This document shows, piece by piece, positions 55,464-63,888 of a DNA stretch of 64,000 bases. The DNA comes from Pedobacter sp. (GTDB taxonomy: Bacteria; Bacteroidota; Bacteroidia; Sphingobacteriales; Sphingobacteriaceae). The notes beneath the pieces are model-generated. The model made no database searches and was not told the DNA's origin. It was given only the letters and a program-made list of their open reading frames with translations. The stretch is taken from assembly GCA_025351765.1 (NCBI GenBank), contig JANXVH010000170.1, positions 65,993 to 129,992 of the forward strand, read 5' to 3'. Position numbers and translations under genes: made by a program. Each line of letters opens with the position of its first letter. Within the stretch, counting starts at the first letter, position 1.

Positions 55464-56492
55464 TTACCTTGGAAACGTAAAACCAAAGCCAAGTGATAAA
55501 TTCTGACTGGCCTGAACTTCCGGATCAGAATCCTTATCAAACAAGGCAACCGCATTGATCTTTACTTCCATAAACTTGTTAATTCTTGACCTTAGGGTCA
55601 TATCCAAACGGTGATCTATGTGTTCTAACTTCCTGTCGTAAGGGATAAACATATTGTACCTTGCGTATAAGAAAACATTTTTTAAAATCTGTTTGTCACG
55701 CAGTTCACTGGTTACCTGAAAAGCCAACTCATTTCTAAAAGTTTGAGGAGGCCTTGCGCCCTGACGCCGCCTTAAGCCAAAATTACCACCATTGAATCTT
55801 GGATTAATTACCGCTGTATCTAACAAAAAGGTTTGTTTAGCAGTTCCTGTACCAATTCTGGTAGAAAAATAAGGTACTGGTCTGTACTCAAAACCGATGG
55901 ATTCTGTAAGGTATCCAGGCGCCATAAATTTTGAGATCAAGCTTTGTTGCTCAGCATTATCTTTGTCTTTATCTTTATAATAAGCATATCCCCTATCAAA
56001 CTGTGTTTCTAATGTAACAGAGCCATAAAAGAACCAGCTCTTAGAAAACTGAAAGTTGGCTTTATTGTCCCAATATATTCTATCTCGTGTCTTTTTTTGA
56101 AGCTGATCTTTGTTTCTAATCTTTCCGTATTCCATCCTAAGCTCACTGGTATAACTGTAGCTTTCCTTACTGTAGGCTGCCCTATAGTTAATAAGACCTC
56201 CAAGCGCAAGAGAGTTTACTCCCCCCGCTTTCCAGTTTTTTGAAAAGGCTCCCTGGTTTACATCAATGCCAATCTGAGTGCTGGTTCTCCAATAATTTAT
56301 TTTCTCGGTCAGAACAAGCGGAGCAATAAGTGTTGGTTTGTATAGGATTGACCCCATGCGTGTGGGAAGCGGACTGCGTTTTAACTTGATTTCCAACCCT
56401 TTAGTGTTAATAGGAATGGTGTCGATTTCCTGAGCCACCAAGGCCGAGGACACGAGAAGTAATAACAACAGGCAGATATTAAAACGCTTCAT
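55464..56492 (-). CDS. Outer-membrane beta-barrel-like protein, DUF3078-like (unverified)
   Basis: Signal peptide MKRFNICLLLLLLVSSALVAQ, a NWKAGGVNS motif, beta-strand periodicity, and a C-terminal ...GFGFTFPR. The ORF extends to 56510. Confidence 0.6.
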   Translation of the reverse strand: MKRFNICLLLLLLVSSALVAQEIDTIPINTKGLEIKLKRSPLPTRMGSILYKPTLIAPLVLTEKINYWRTSTQIGIDVNQGAFSKNWKAGGVNSLALGGLINYRAAYSKESYSYTSELRMEYGKIRNKDQLQKKTRDRIYWDNKANFQFSKSWFFYGSVTLETQFDRGYAYYKDKDKDNAEQQSLISKFMAPGYLTESIGFEYRPVPYFSTRIGTGTAKQTFLLDTAVINPRFNGGNFGLRRRQGARPPQTFRNELAFQVTSELRDKQILKNVFLYARYNMFIPYDRKLEHIDHRLDMTLRSRINKFMEVKINAVALFDKDSDPEVQASQNLSLGFGFTFPR

Positions 56493-56546
56493 CATTACAA
56501 AGAAAAACAAAAAAGTGACTTATTAAAAGTTTAATTAAGCTTTTTA

Positions 56547-57299
56547 TTAAAACTCTTTAACATCCAGCTTCTGAAGTGGCTGTAACCTGAAGGCCGCCGG
56601 GTTGCGTTTATAACTCGCAAAGCTGTTCCTTAAAAACACCACAAATGCGTAATCAGAAGCGCTGAGCACGAAATCATACGTTGGCCGGTATTGCTCCATA
56701 AAGTCGGTTGAAACAGAATCATTTAGCTGCAAAATAGTTTTAACATAATTTGGATTAAACCGAAAATCTATAATAGACTCCTTATAATCCCGCTCCAATA
56801 TTTTTTGCAGATGTCTTGCATTTTTACCTTCCCTACTCAACAGGTTATATATGGCATCAATTCCTAGGCCCACGCCGCCGGGGCCCAGACTTAGCATATC
56901 TTTCATGCTCCCTTTATTTAGCTTATACTTGTATTCTTTAAGCCGTTTATCGTAAAGCTCCTTTGGGGTAAGTTTTCTTCCGGTGATCGATACTTCCTGC
57001 AAGTTAATGCCCAATGATTTCAATTGAAAATAAATGGAAGATTGGCTTTTCAATACTACCGTATCAACAGCATATCCTTGTAAAACAGCAAACAAGGTAT
57101 CGCCTGCAAGGCCCTTTATTCTAAATTCTCCTTTGGTGGTATTATAAATCCCTTCATCAGCATGTGAATTGTAAATATAAACCTTTGCCAGTCTAAGCTT
57201 AGAATCCTTATCCATCACAAAACCCTGCACTGTTCCGGTTTGTGCAAAGAGCCGGACAGTAATACCAAGAAATAATAGTAACAGGAAAAAAAATCTCAT
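56547..57299 (-). CDS. Secreted carboxypeptidase-regulatory-like domain protein (uncharacterised)
   Basis: Signal peptide (FFLLLLFLGITVRLFAQ), then GTVQGFVMDKDSK..LAKVYIYN...GEFRIKGLAGDTLFAVLQGY. Confidence 0.6.
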   Translation of the reverse strand: MRFFFLLLLFLGITVRLFAQTGTVQGFVMDKDSKLRLAKVYIYNSHADEGIYNTTKGEFRIKGLAGDTLFAVLQGYAVDTVVLKSQSSIYFQLKSLGINLQEVSITGRKLTPKELYDKRLKEYKYKLNKGSMKDMLSLGPGGVGLGIDAIYNLLSREGKNARHLQKILERDYKESIIDFRFNPNYVKTILQLNDSVSTDFMEQYRPTYDFVLSASDYAFVVFLRNSFASYKRNPAAFRLQPLQKLDVKEF

Positions 57300-57348
57300 A
57301 AGGTTACAAAGCTACAAGTTAACCAAATGAAGCACACCCACCTTAACA

Positions 57349-58272
57349 TTATTTAACTATTATTAGCTTCTGGCCAATTTTAATGCCATCTGCAGAAAGG
57401 CTGTTGATGCTTTTAAGGTCATCAATGCTGATGTTAAATCTTTTTGAAATATTGTAAAGGGTGTCTCCTTGTTTAACAATATAAGTTTTATCTGTTGGTG
57501 AAACTGCTCCACCCGAAGCCGTAGTACTAGCAGATGATATTATGGCTACAATTTTAACAGGATTTACTTGAGTAGTATCAGGAACTTTAAGTACCAGTTT
57601 TGATGGAGGGGCATCTACAGGAGTAAATTTCTTATACTCTTTTGGCATGTTCGCGTTGATCTCTGTAAATACCCTGTCCTCCCTTTTTAGCTTCTCCGTT
57701 TCAGATTCTGGCGTGTCATATTGGTACAGTTGGTACTTTTCAATAATCCCAATCAGCATATCCGGATATTTAGGATTGGTCGCATATCCAGCCTGCTTTA
57801 AACCGAGCGCCCAGTTCTTATAGTCGTTTTTATCCAACTCAAATAAAAAGCTATAGCGCTTACGCTTTAAAAACTCAGAATGGTCTTTGTAAGATTCCCG
57901 CGCATCTTTATACACCCTAAAGCAATCATTAGCCTGATCGTCATCTTTAAAGTATCCTTTTCCCTTCCACTCTGATGTACATTTTATGCCGAAGTGGTTG
58001 TTTGCAAACCTGGCCAAACTGCTGTTGCCACTACCAGATTCCACAATACCTTGTGCCAGCGTAATACTTGCCGGTATGCCGTAAGTATTCATTTCTTGCA
58101 TGGCAACGGCCTTAAATTCTTCTATATAAGAAAGGGTGGTGCGCGATTTATAATCTGGATTGGCCTTGGTTGCCGCTTTTTCTATTTGCTTGTTATTGCG
58201 ACTGTATTTCCGGCTTTTACAAGAGGATAAAATAAGGGTAAAGAGGAGGAGGTAAAGTATGCTTCTGTTCAT
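57349..58272 (-). CDS. GH73 N-acetylglucosaminidase domain protein with a C-terminal LysM
   Basis: Lipoprotein-like signal (LILSSCKS), GH73 motif GIPASITLAQGIVESGSGNS...NNHFGIKC, and LysM YIVKQGDTLYNISKRFNISIDDLKSINSL. Confidence 0.88.
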   Translation of the reverse strand: MNRSILYLLLFTLILSSCKSRKYSRNNKQIEKAATKANPDYKSRTTLSYIEEFKAVAMQEMNTYGIPASITLAQGIVESGSGNSSLARFANNHFGIKCTSEWKGKGYFKDDDQANDCFRVYKDARESYKDHSEFLKRKRYSFLFELDKNDYKNWALGLKQAGYATNPKYPDMLIGIIEKYQLYQYDTPESETEKLKREDRVFTEINANMPKEYKKFTPVDAPPSKLVLKVPDTTQVNPVKIVAIISSASTTASGGAVSPTDKTYIVKQGDTLYNISKRFNISIDDLKSINSLSADGIKIGQKLIIVK

Positions 58273-58907
58273 TAATTTGTTTTTTTTCTGATGATAAAAA
58301 GGCCGTCCCTTACAGGAAGGATTAGCTTTTCAACACGGTTATCGGCAGCAATCTTATCGTTAAATGTAGTAATATTCCTGGTGTCTTTGTCTTGTTCATT
58401 ACTCAAGACCTTGCCACTCCACAGTACATTGTCTACAATAATTATACCCCCTGGCCTTACGCTCTCAAAAATCATGTCGTAGTAGTTTCCGTTATTCTTT
58501 TTGTCGGCATCAATAAAAACCAAATCGTAAACCTTGTTTAAAGAACCAATACTTGCCGTGGCATCTCCAATAATATACTTGATCTTTTCGTTGTATGGCG
58601 AAGTTGCAAAATTGCCCCTCACCATATCTTCCAGCTCCTCATTAATGTCTAGGGTGTAAATTACGCCATCATTACTCAGGCCTTCGGCCAGACATAAAGT
58701 AGCGTAGCCCGTAAAAGTGCCAATCTCCAGTACCGTTGTCGGATTAACCATTTTACTGATCATGCTGAGCACCCTTCCCTGATAATGGCCAGATAACATC
58801 CGCGGCATCAACACCTTAAGCTGAGTATCTCTGTCAATTTTTTTTAACAGGTCGCTTTCAGGCTCGCAGTAATTAAGCAGCAGCTGTTGCAGATTTTCTT
58901 CTATCAT
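58272..58907 (-). CDS. Class I SAM-dependent O-methyltransferase (caffeoyl-CoA OMT/YrrM-like)
   Basis: 211 aa with motif I VLEIGTFTGYATL and the acidic motif DLVFIDADK. Confidence 0.88.
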   Translation of the reverse strand: MIEENLQQLLLNYCEPESDLLKKIDRDTQLKVLMPRMLSGHYQGRVLSMISKMVNPTTVLEIGTFTGYATLCLAEGLSNDGVIYTLDINEELEDMVRGNFATSPYNEKIKYIIGDATASIGSLNKVYDLVFIDADKKNNGNYYDMIFESVRPGGIIIVDNVLWSGKVLSNEQDKDTRNITTFNDKIAADNRVEKLILPVRDGLFIIRKKTN

Positions 58908-58932
58908 ATCGGTTTAGTGTACGCACCCTCAA

Positions 58933-59346
58933 TTAACGGGGCTGTTCCATAAAATATTGCAGGATAATGGTTGCGGCGATGGTATCTACCCGTTCTTTAT
59001 TTTGTCGGTCTTGCTTTTTTAATCCGCTTTGCATAATGGTTTGTTGCGCAAGGCGAGAAGTAAAACGCTCATCAACCCAGTGCTGCGGGATCTCTGGATA
59101 GGTCTTTCTCAAAGTTTTAGCAAAACCTTTAACGTGCTGTGCAGAATCTGACGGACTGCCATCCATTTGTTTTGGATCACCAAATACAAAGGCTACTACC
59201 GTTTCAGTTAACAGGTATTGCTTTAAATAAGCCATAATGTCTTTGGGGTGGATGGTGTCCAGTCCGGTTGCAATGATTTGCAGCGGATCAGTAACGGCAA
59301 TCCCAATTCTTTTTGTTCCGTAATCAAAGGCAATAATTCTGGACAT
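58933..59346 (-). CDS. ruvX: Holliday-junction-resolvase-like nuclease RuvX (YqgF)
   Basis: MSRIIAFDYGTKRIGIAV is the canonical YqgF N-terminus. The ATG at 59346 is preferred over the TTG at 59382. Confidence 0.9.
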   Translation of the reverse strand: MSRIIAFDYGTKRIGIAVTDPLQIIATGLDTIHPKDIMAYLKQYLLTETVVAFVFGDPKQMDGSPSDSAQHVKGFAKTLRKTYPEIPQHWVDERFTSRLAQQTIMQSGLKKQDRQNKERVDTIAATIILQYFMEQPR

Positions 59347-59414
59347 ATGGGGAGTGATGTTTGACTGACTTCTTTGGGTCAAAGATAGCTATTTGGTGTG
59401 ATTTGTTTACACCA

Positions 59415-59543
59415 GGTTAAGTTTTGGTAAGGGTTTGCTCCTGTGCTTGGTTGGGTCTTAATCGGGTCTTGGTTGGGCTTTGCTTGGGAAAAGGCACCTT
59501 TTACCCAACCAAACCTAACCAAAACCCAACCAAAAGGTTAACC
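59415..59543. repeat. Intergenic inverted array of ~11-bp-phased TTGGTTGGG / CCCAACCAA repeats (imperfect ~130-bp palindrome)
   Basis: Left arm: TTTTGGTAAGGG (59422-33), TTGGTTGGGT (59447-56), TTGGTTGGGC (59469-78), GCTTGGG (59482-88). GGG tracts start at 59431, 59453, 59464, 59475 and 59486, giving 11- or 22-nt spacing. Centre: AAAAGGcaCCTTTT (59489-59502). Right arm: CCCAACCAAA (59504-13), CCTAACCAAAA (59514-24), CCCAACCAAAA (59525-35). The ends are GGTTAA (59415-20) / GGTTAACC (59536-43). Confidence 0.65.
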
Positions 59544-59644
59544 AGCCTAGAGCAAGACACTTCTCCCTACCGATGTTGATGCTTTTACGAAACAATGATT
59601 TTAAGGGGAAATTATATTGATCAAAATTTACTATTTTGCACCAA

Positions 59645-60793
59645 ATGCAATTTAAGAACATCATAGGGCAGGAGCATATTAAGCAACAATTGGTTCAATC
59701 TGTAACAGATAACAGGATCAGTCACGCGCAATTGTTTTTATCCTGCGATGGAAGCGGCGCACTTTTACTGGCAATCGCCTATGCGCAGTTTATCAATTGT
59801 GTAGACAAAAAGGCAGACGATAGCTGTGGCGTTTGCTCATCCTGTAGGAAATACGAACGTTATATTCATCCGGATCTGCATTTCTCCTATCCTTTTTTTG
59901 CATCTAAAGATGTAAAAATAGCGGTTGATGTGTTGGACGAATGGAGAAGCTTGCTACTGGAAGATCCGTATATAGATTTAGATATTTGGCGGTCTAAGTT
60001 AAGCGCAGATAACAAACAGGCAAATATTAATATTGCCGAGTGCCATGACATTATAAAAAAGCTGAGCTATAAAGCTTTTGAAGGCGATACCAAAGTACTG
60101 ATCATGTGGCTGCCAGAATACCTGGAAAAAGAAGGCAACTCACTGTTAAAAATTATTGAAGAACCCCCTGCAAATACCCTATTTATTTTGGTGGCCAATA
60201 ACCAGGATCAAATCCTATCTACCTTACTCTCGCGGACGCAAATTGTAAAAATACCTAAGCTTCCATTTGAAACAGTTGAAACCTACCTGATGGAAAAGCA
60301 CGGACTGTCTGAAAATCAGGCTACAGAATATGCCTTCCTTGCAGATGGCAATTTAATAGAAGCGAAACAACTGGTGGCCAATACCCAAAATGAAAACTCG
60401 GAGAAGTTTGCGGAGTGGTTAAGGATGGGTTACGGTAACCGTGTGCTGGAACTAACCGTTTTTGTAGAACAGGTAGCGGTTTGGGGCAGAGAAAATCAAA
60501 AGAACTTCTTAAAGTATGGAATTAGCTTTATGCGGGAGTGCAGCTTGTTGATTAGCGGAGCGGACGAACTGGTTAAATTACCGCCGCTGGCATTGCAAAC
60601 AGCAAAAAAACTATCAGCACATGTGCTGGATCTAAACATGGCGGATGCCATTATAACAGTGCTTGAAAAAGCGCATTACCATGTAGAGCGAAATGCAAAT
60701 CCTAAAATCTTGTTTTTAGATGTATCTTTACAGCTAGTCAAAATAATTAAGTTTAAAACGTTCCCGCAAGGGACTCAATATATATACAATTAA
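59645..60793 (+). CDS. holB: DNA polymerase III subunit delta' (clamp-loader AAA+ protein)
   Basis: MQFKNIIGQEHIKQQL start, Zn module CGVCSSCRK, SRTQ sensor-like motif LLSRTQIVKI, and a degenerate Walker A as expected for delta'. The ORF-track TTG is at 59636. Confidence 0.85.
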   Translation: MQFKNIIGQEHIKQQLVQSVTDNRISHAQLFLSCDGSGALLLAIAYAQFINCVDKKADDSCGVCSSCRKYERYIHPDLHFSYPFFASKDVKIAVDVLDEWRSLLLEDPYIDLDIWRSKLSADNKQANINIAECHDIIKKLSYKAFEGDTKVLIMWLPEYLEKEGNSLLKIIEEPPANTLFILVANNQDQILSTLLSRTQIVKIPKLPFETVETYLMEKHGLSENQATEYAFLADGNLIEAKQLVANTQNENSEKFAEWLRMGYGNRVLELTVFVEQVAVWGRENQKNFLKYGISFMRECSLLISGADELVKLPPLALQTAKKLSAHVLDLNMADAIITVLEKAHYHVERNANPKILFLDVSLQLVKIIKFKTFPQGTQYIYN

Positions 60794-60794
60794 T

Positions 60795-62135
60795 ATGGGA
60801 TGTGGAAGTTGTTCTACAGGAGGCGGTTGCGCTCCATCGGGCTGCAAAAGTAATGGTTCTTGCCTTACTGGCGGCTGCGGGAAAATGGAAGTTTACGATT
60901 GGTTGTCCAACTTGGATATGCCATCTAATTATAAACCCTTTCCTGTTATAGAGGTTAAATTTAAAGGAGCCAGAAAAGAGTTCTTTCTCAATACAGATAA
61001 TATTTACCTAGAAATAGGAGAGCTTATTGCTGTTGAAGGACCCACTGGTGGCTATGATATAGGGCATGTTTCTTTAACTGGTGAACTGGTTAGAACACAA
61101 ATGAAACGCCGTAAAACGGCTATGGAACATGTTACCAGAAAGGTATATAGAAAAGCTACAGAAGCTGATGTAGAAAAATGGAAACTGGCCAAGGGTTTAG
61201 AATGGGAAACCATGCACAAGGCACGCACATTGGCGCTGGATCTGCGTCTTTCTATGAAGATTAGTGATGTTGATTATCAGGGAGATAAAACCAAAGCTAC
61301 GTTCTTTTATACAGCAGAAGGTCGCGTTGATTTTAGGGAACTGATTAAAAAAATGGCAGAAACATTCAGGATCAGGATCGAAATGAGACAGATTGGAATG
61401 CGGCAGGAAGCCGGAAGGTTAGGCGGAATAGGTTCTTGTGGCAGAGAGTTGTGCTGCTCTACTTGGTTAACCAATTTCAAAACCGTATCAACCGCTGCGG
61501 CACGGTATCAAAACTTATCTTTAAACACCTTAAAGTTAGCCGGGCAATGCGGTAAGCTTAAATGCTGTTTAAACTACGAGCTGGATACTTATTTAGATGC
61601 ATTGAAGGATATTCCGGATCGTATTGAAAGCCTGCAAACGGAAATTGGCGTTGCAAGACACCAGAAAACAGATATCTTTAAAAAGGTGATGTGGTTTGCT
61701 TACCCTAATACAGAAGATTGGATTCCTTTAAAAGTGGATAGGGTTAAGGAAATCATGGCCATGAATAAGAAGGGTCAGAAGCCGGTAAACTTGAAAGAAG
61801 AGGCCCTTCAATTAACGCCAGCGGCGGTAGTAGAGAAAGCACCTGATTACGAAAATGTGGTTGGGCAAGACAGCCTAACCCGTCTTGACGACAAACCAAG
61901 GAACAAGAATAACAGGAACAACAACAATAGAAATAAGCCGGCGCAAACAATTAAGCCACCACAACATGTTAGGAATCGTCCTGAACAAAGAAAGCTAGAG
62001 AATAACCCGCAGCCAAAGCCGGTTGGCGAAGTTTCTGGTGACGCTATTGTAACCACTCAGCCATCTCCGAACAAGAATAGGAACAGGAACAAAAACCGCA
62101 GAAATAAAAGTAAGGATACGCCTAAAGATGAATAA
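60795..62135 (+). CDS. PSP1-domain protein (YaaT/RicT homolog) with a Cys-rich N-terminus and an N/R/K-rich tail
   Basis: PSP1 core with GSCGRELCCSTWL and GQCGKLKCCLNYE. The extra N-terminus MGCGSCSTGGGCAPSGCKSNGSCLTGGCGK carries 6 Cys. The tail is NKNNRNNNNRNKP...NKNRNRNKNRRNKSKD. It starts 1 nt after holB, which is the conserved holB-yaaT synteny. Confidence 0.9.
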   Translation: MGCGSCSTGGGCAPSGCKSNGSCLTGGCGKMEVYDWLSNLDMPSNYKPFPVIEVKFKGARKEFFLNTDNIYLEIGELIAVEGPTGGYDIGHVSLTGELVRTQMKRRKTAMEHVTRKVYRKATEADVEKWKLAKGLEWETMHKARTLALDLRLSMKISDVDYQGDKTKATFFYTAEGRVDFRELIKKMAETFRIRIEMRQIGMRQEAGRLGGIGSCGRELCCSTWLTNFKTVSTAAARYQNLSLNTLKLAGQCGKLKCCLNYELDTYLDALKDIPDRIESLQTEIGVARHQKTDIFKKVMWFAYPNTEDWIPLKVDRVKEIMAMNKKGQKPVNLKEEALQLTPAAVVEKAPDYENVVGQDSLTRLDDKPRNKNNRNNNNRNKPAQTIKPPQHVRNRPEQRKLENNPQPKPVGEVSGDAIVTTQPSPNKNRNRNKNRRNKSKDTPKDE

Positions 62136-62604
62136 TTTGAAAGTAGCGGTGTCACTTTCTGCTTTAATGATCTTATTTTTTTGCGGATGTGACACCAATA
62201 ATATCATAGACAGCAATGTTGCCATGCCTTCAAGAAATTGGAGTTACGCCAACAAAATTAGTGCTGTGGTAGAAGTAAAAGACCCGGCAAAGTTGTTTAA
62301 CATTTACCTTAAACTGCGCCATACGGCAAATTACCGGTATGCCAACCTATTTGTTTTACTTCACATTGACGGCGCCAGAGAAAAAAAACAAACGAAAAGG
62401 TATGAATACCGATTGGCGCTACAGGATGGGCAGTGGATAGGCTCAGGTTCTGGAAACTTATTTACATACACCCTTCCGCTACTTACCAACTACAAATTCC
62501 CGAAGGCAGGTAAATACCGGTTTGAAGTAGAGCAGAACATGCGCGACAATCCACTTCGGGAAGTTAGCGATGCTGGGATAAAAATATCACAACAAGGGGA
62601 GTAA
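62128..62604 (+). CDS. gldH: Gliding motility lipoprotein GldH (probable)
   Basis: 158 aa with lipobox LFFCGCD. The pattern RHTANYRYANLFVLLHI...DGQWIGSGSGNLF matches my memory of GldH. The 8-nt start overlap with the PSP1 gene agrees with the usual Bacteroidota gene order. Confidence 0.6.
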   Translation: MNNLKVAVSLSALMILFFCGCDTNNIIDSNVAMPSRNWSYANKISAVVEVKDPAKLFNIYLKLRHTANYRYANLFVLLHIDGAREKKQTKRYEYRLALQDGQWIGSGSGNLFTYTLPLLTNYKFPKAGKYRFEVEQNMRDNPLREVSDAGIKISQQGE

Positions 62605-63888
62605 TTGCTCTAAAGCCATTCCGCGTGATCCTTTTAAAAGAACCATGCTGTTTTTAACGGGCGATGCAGTTAGGTATGCCAATGCTTCTTTTGGGCTTGC
62701 AAAAAACAATCCTTTAATCTGTTCTTTATTGCTAAGAAAGTGATTGCCGATAAATATAAGGAGCTTGGCATTTAACGCTTCGGCTTGTTTGGCAATCAGC
62801 TGGTGTTGCGCTGCCGATTCTGGACCAAGCTCAAACATATCCCCAATAATAATTGCTTTGTTAGCAGCATCAAGTTGTTCAAGGTTGTTTAATGCAGCCG
62901 TCATACTACTTGGATTGGCGTTATAAAAATCACATATAACTGTATTATTAACTGTTTTGGTAATTTGAGACCGATTGTTGTTTGGAAGATAGCCCGCTAA
63001 TCCGCCGTTAATTTGTGTAGGACTGAGCTCAAAATACTGACCGATGCAAATAGCGGCCAATATGTTTTCGAAATTGTAGGTTCCCGTTAGGTTAGCTGAT
63101 ACTTGATATTCGCCTTCGCTATTTTTCCAGCGAAGCTTGATAAGCGGGTCAGTACTTATTAGCGCTCCTGATATGGGATCTTCTTTTTCGGAACCATAAT
63201 AAACTACCTTATTCAATGCCGCCGCCTTACTCATTTCAAGTAAGTATGGGTTGTTGCGGTAGATAAATGCAGTACCATGATTAACTTTTAGATAGGCGTA
63301 TAATTCGGCCTTGCCTTTTTTTACCCCCTCAAATCCACCAAATCCGTCGAGATGCGCCATCCCTACATTGCTGATAAGGCCGTGTGTTGGCTGGGCAATT
63401 GTGCATAGAAATTCAATTTCCCTCTGGTGGTTTGCGCCCATCTCAATAACAGCAATTTCTATTTCTGAGGTGATAGATAAAATAGAAATAGGGACGCCGA
63501 TGTGGTTATTTAGGTTCCCTTTTGTGGCGAAAGCCCGGTATTTCTCTGCAAGTATAGCATTGATCAGTTCTTTAGTAGTGGTTTTACCGTTGCTTCCAGT
63601 TAAACCGATTACGGGAATATTTAGTTGGCTGCGGTGATGTTTGGCCAATTCCTGCAAGGCGGTAAGCACGTCTGGAACAAGAATTAGTCTTGGGTCTGTT
63701 TCTATGTCGGGATTGTCTATAACAGCAAAAGCTGCCCCGGCTTCAACGGCCTTAACAGCAAATGTATTTGCATCAAAGTTCTCTCCCTTGAGGGCAAAGA
63801 AGAAGCATCCTGCTATAATGTTACGGGTATCAGTACATACTATAGGATGTTTTAAGTAAAGCTCGTATAAGGATTCGGTGCGCATCAT
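62587..63888 (-). CDS. murF: UDP-N-acetylmuramoyl-tripeptide--D-alanyl-D-alanine ligase
   Basis: Mur ligase P-loop GLTGSNGKTTTKE and a full-length MurF pattern. The start is placed at MMRTESLYELY (63888); the ORF extends to 63975. Confidence 0.93.
   Translation of the reverse strand: MMRTESLYELYLKHPIVCTDTRNIIAGCFFFALKGENFDANTFAVKAVEAGAAFAVIDNPDIETDPRLILVPDVLTALQELAKHHRSQLNIPVIGLTGSNGKTTTKELINAILAEKYRAFATKGNLNNHIGVPISILSITSEIEIAVIEMGANHQREIEFLCTIAQPTHGLISNVGMAHLDGFGGFEGVKKGKAELYAYLKVNHGTAFIYRNNPYLLEMSKAAALNKVVYYGSEKEDPISGALISTDPLIKLRWKNSEGEYQVSANLTGTYNFENILAAICIGQYFELSPTQINGGLAGYLPNNNRSQITKTVNNTVICDFYNANPSSMTAALNNLEQLDAANKAIIIGDMFELGPESAAQHQLIAKQAEALNAKLLIFIGNHFLSNKEQIKGLFFASPKEALAYLTASPVKNSMVLLKGSRGMALEQLLPLL

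Noticed and set aside
59453-59488. G-quadruplex reading of GGG-N8-GGG-N8-GGG-N8-GGG
   Set aside because: It is formally a G4-capable pattern. However, the loops are long (8 nt), the tracts are only 3 G, and a complementary C-rich arm lies immediately adjacent and would favour duplex or hairpin. It is kept only as a minor alternative under the repeat-array finding.
61850-62110. Repetitive AAC/AAT/AGG/AAG stretch that looks like a tandem or CRISPR-like repeat
   Set aside because: It is in frame within the PSP1 gene and encodes an N/R/K low-complexity tail. It has no regular repeat-spacer architecture.
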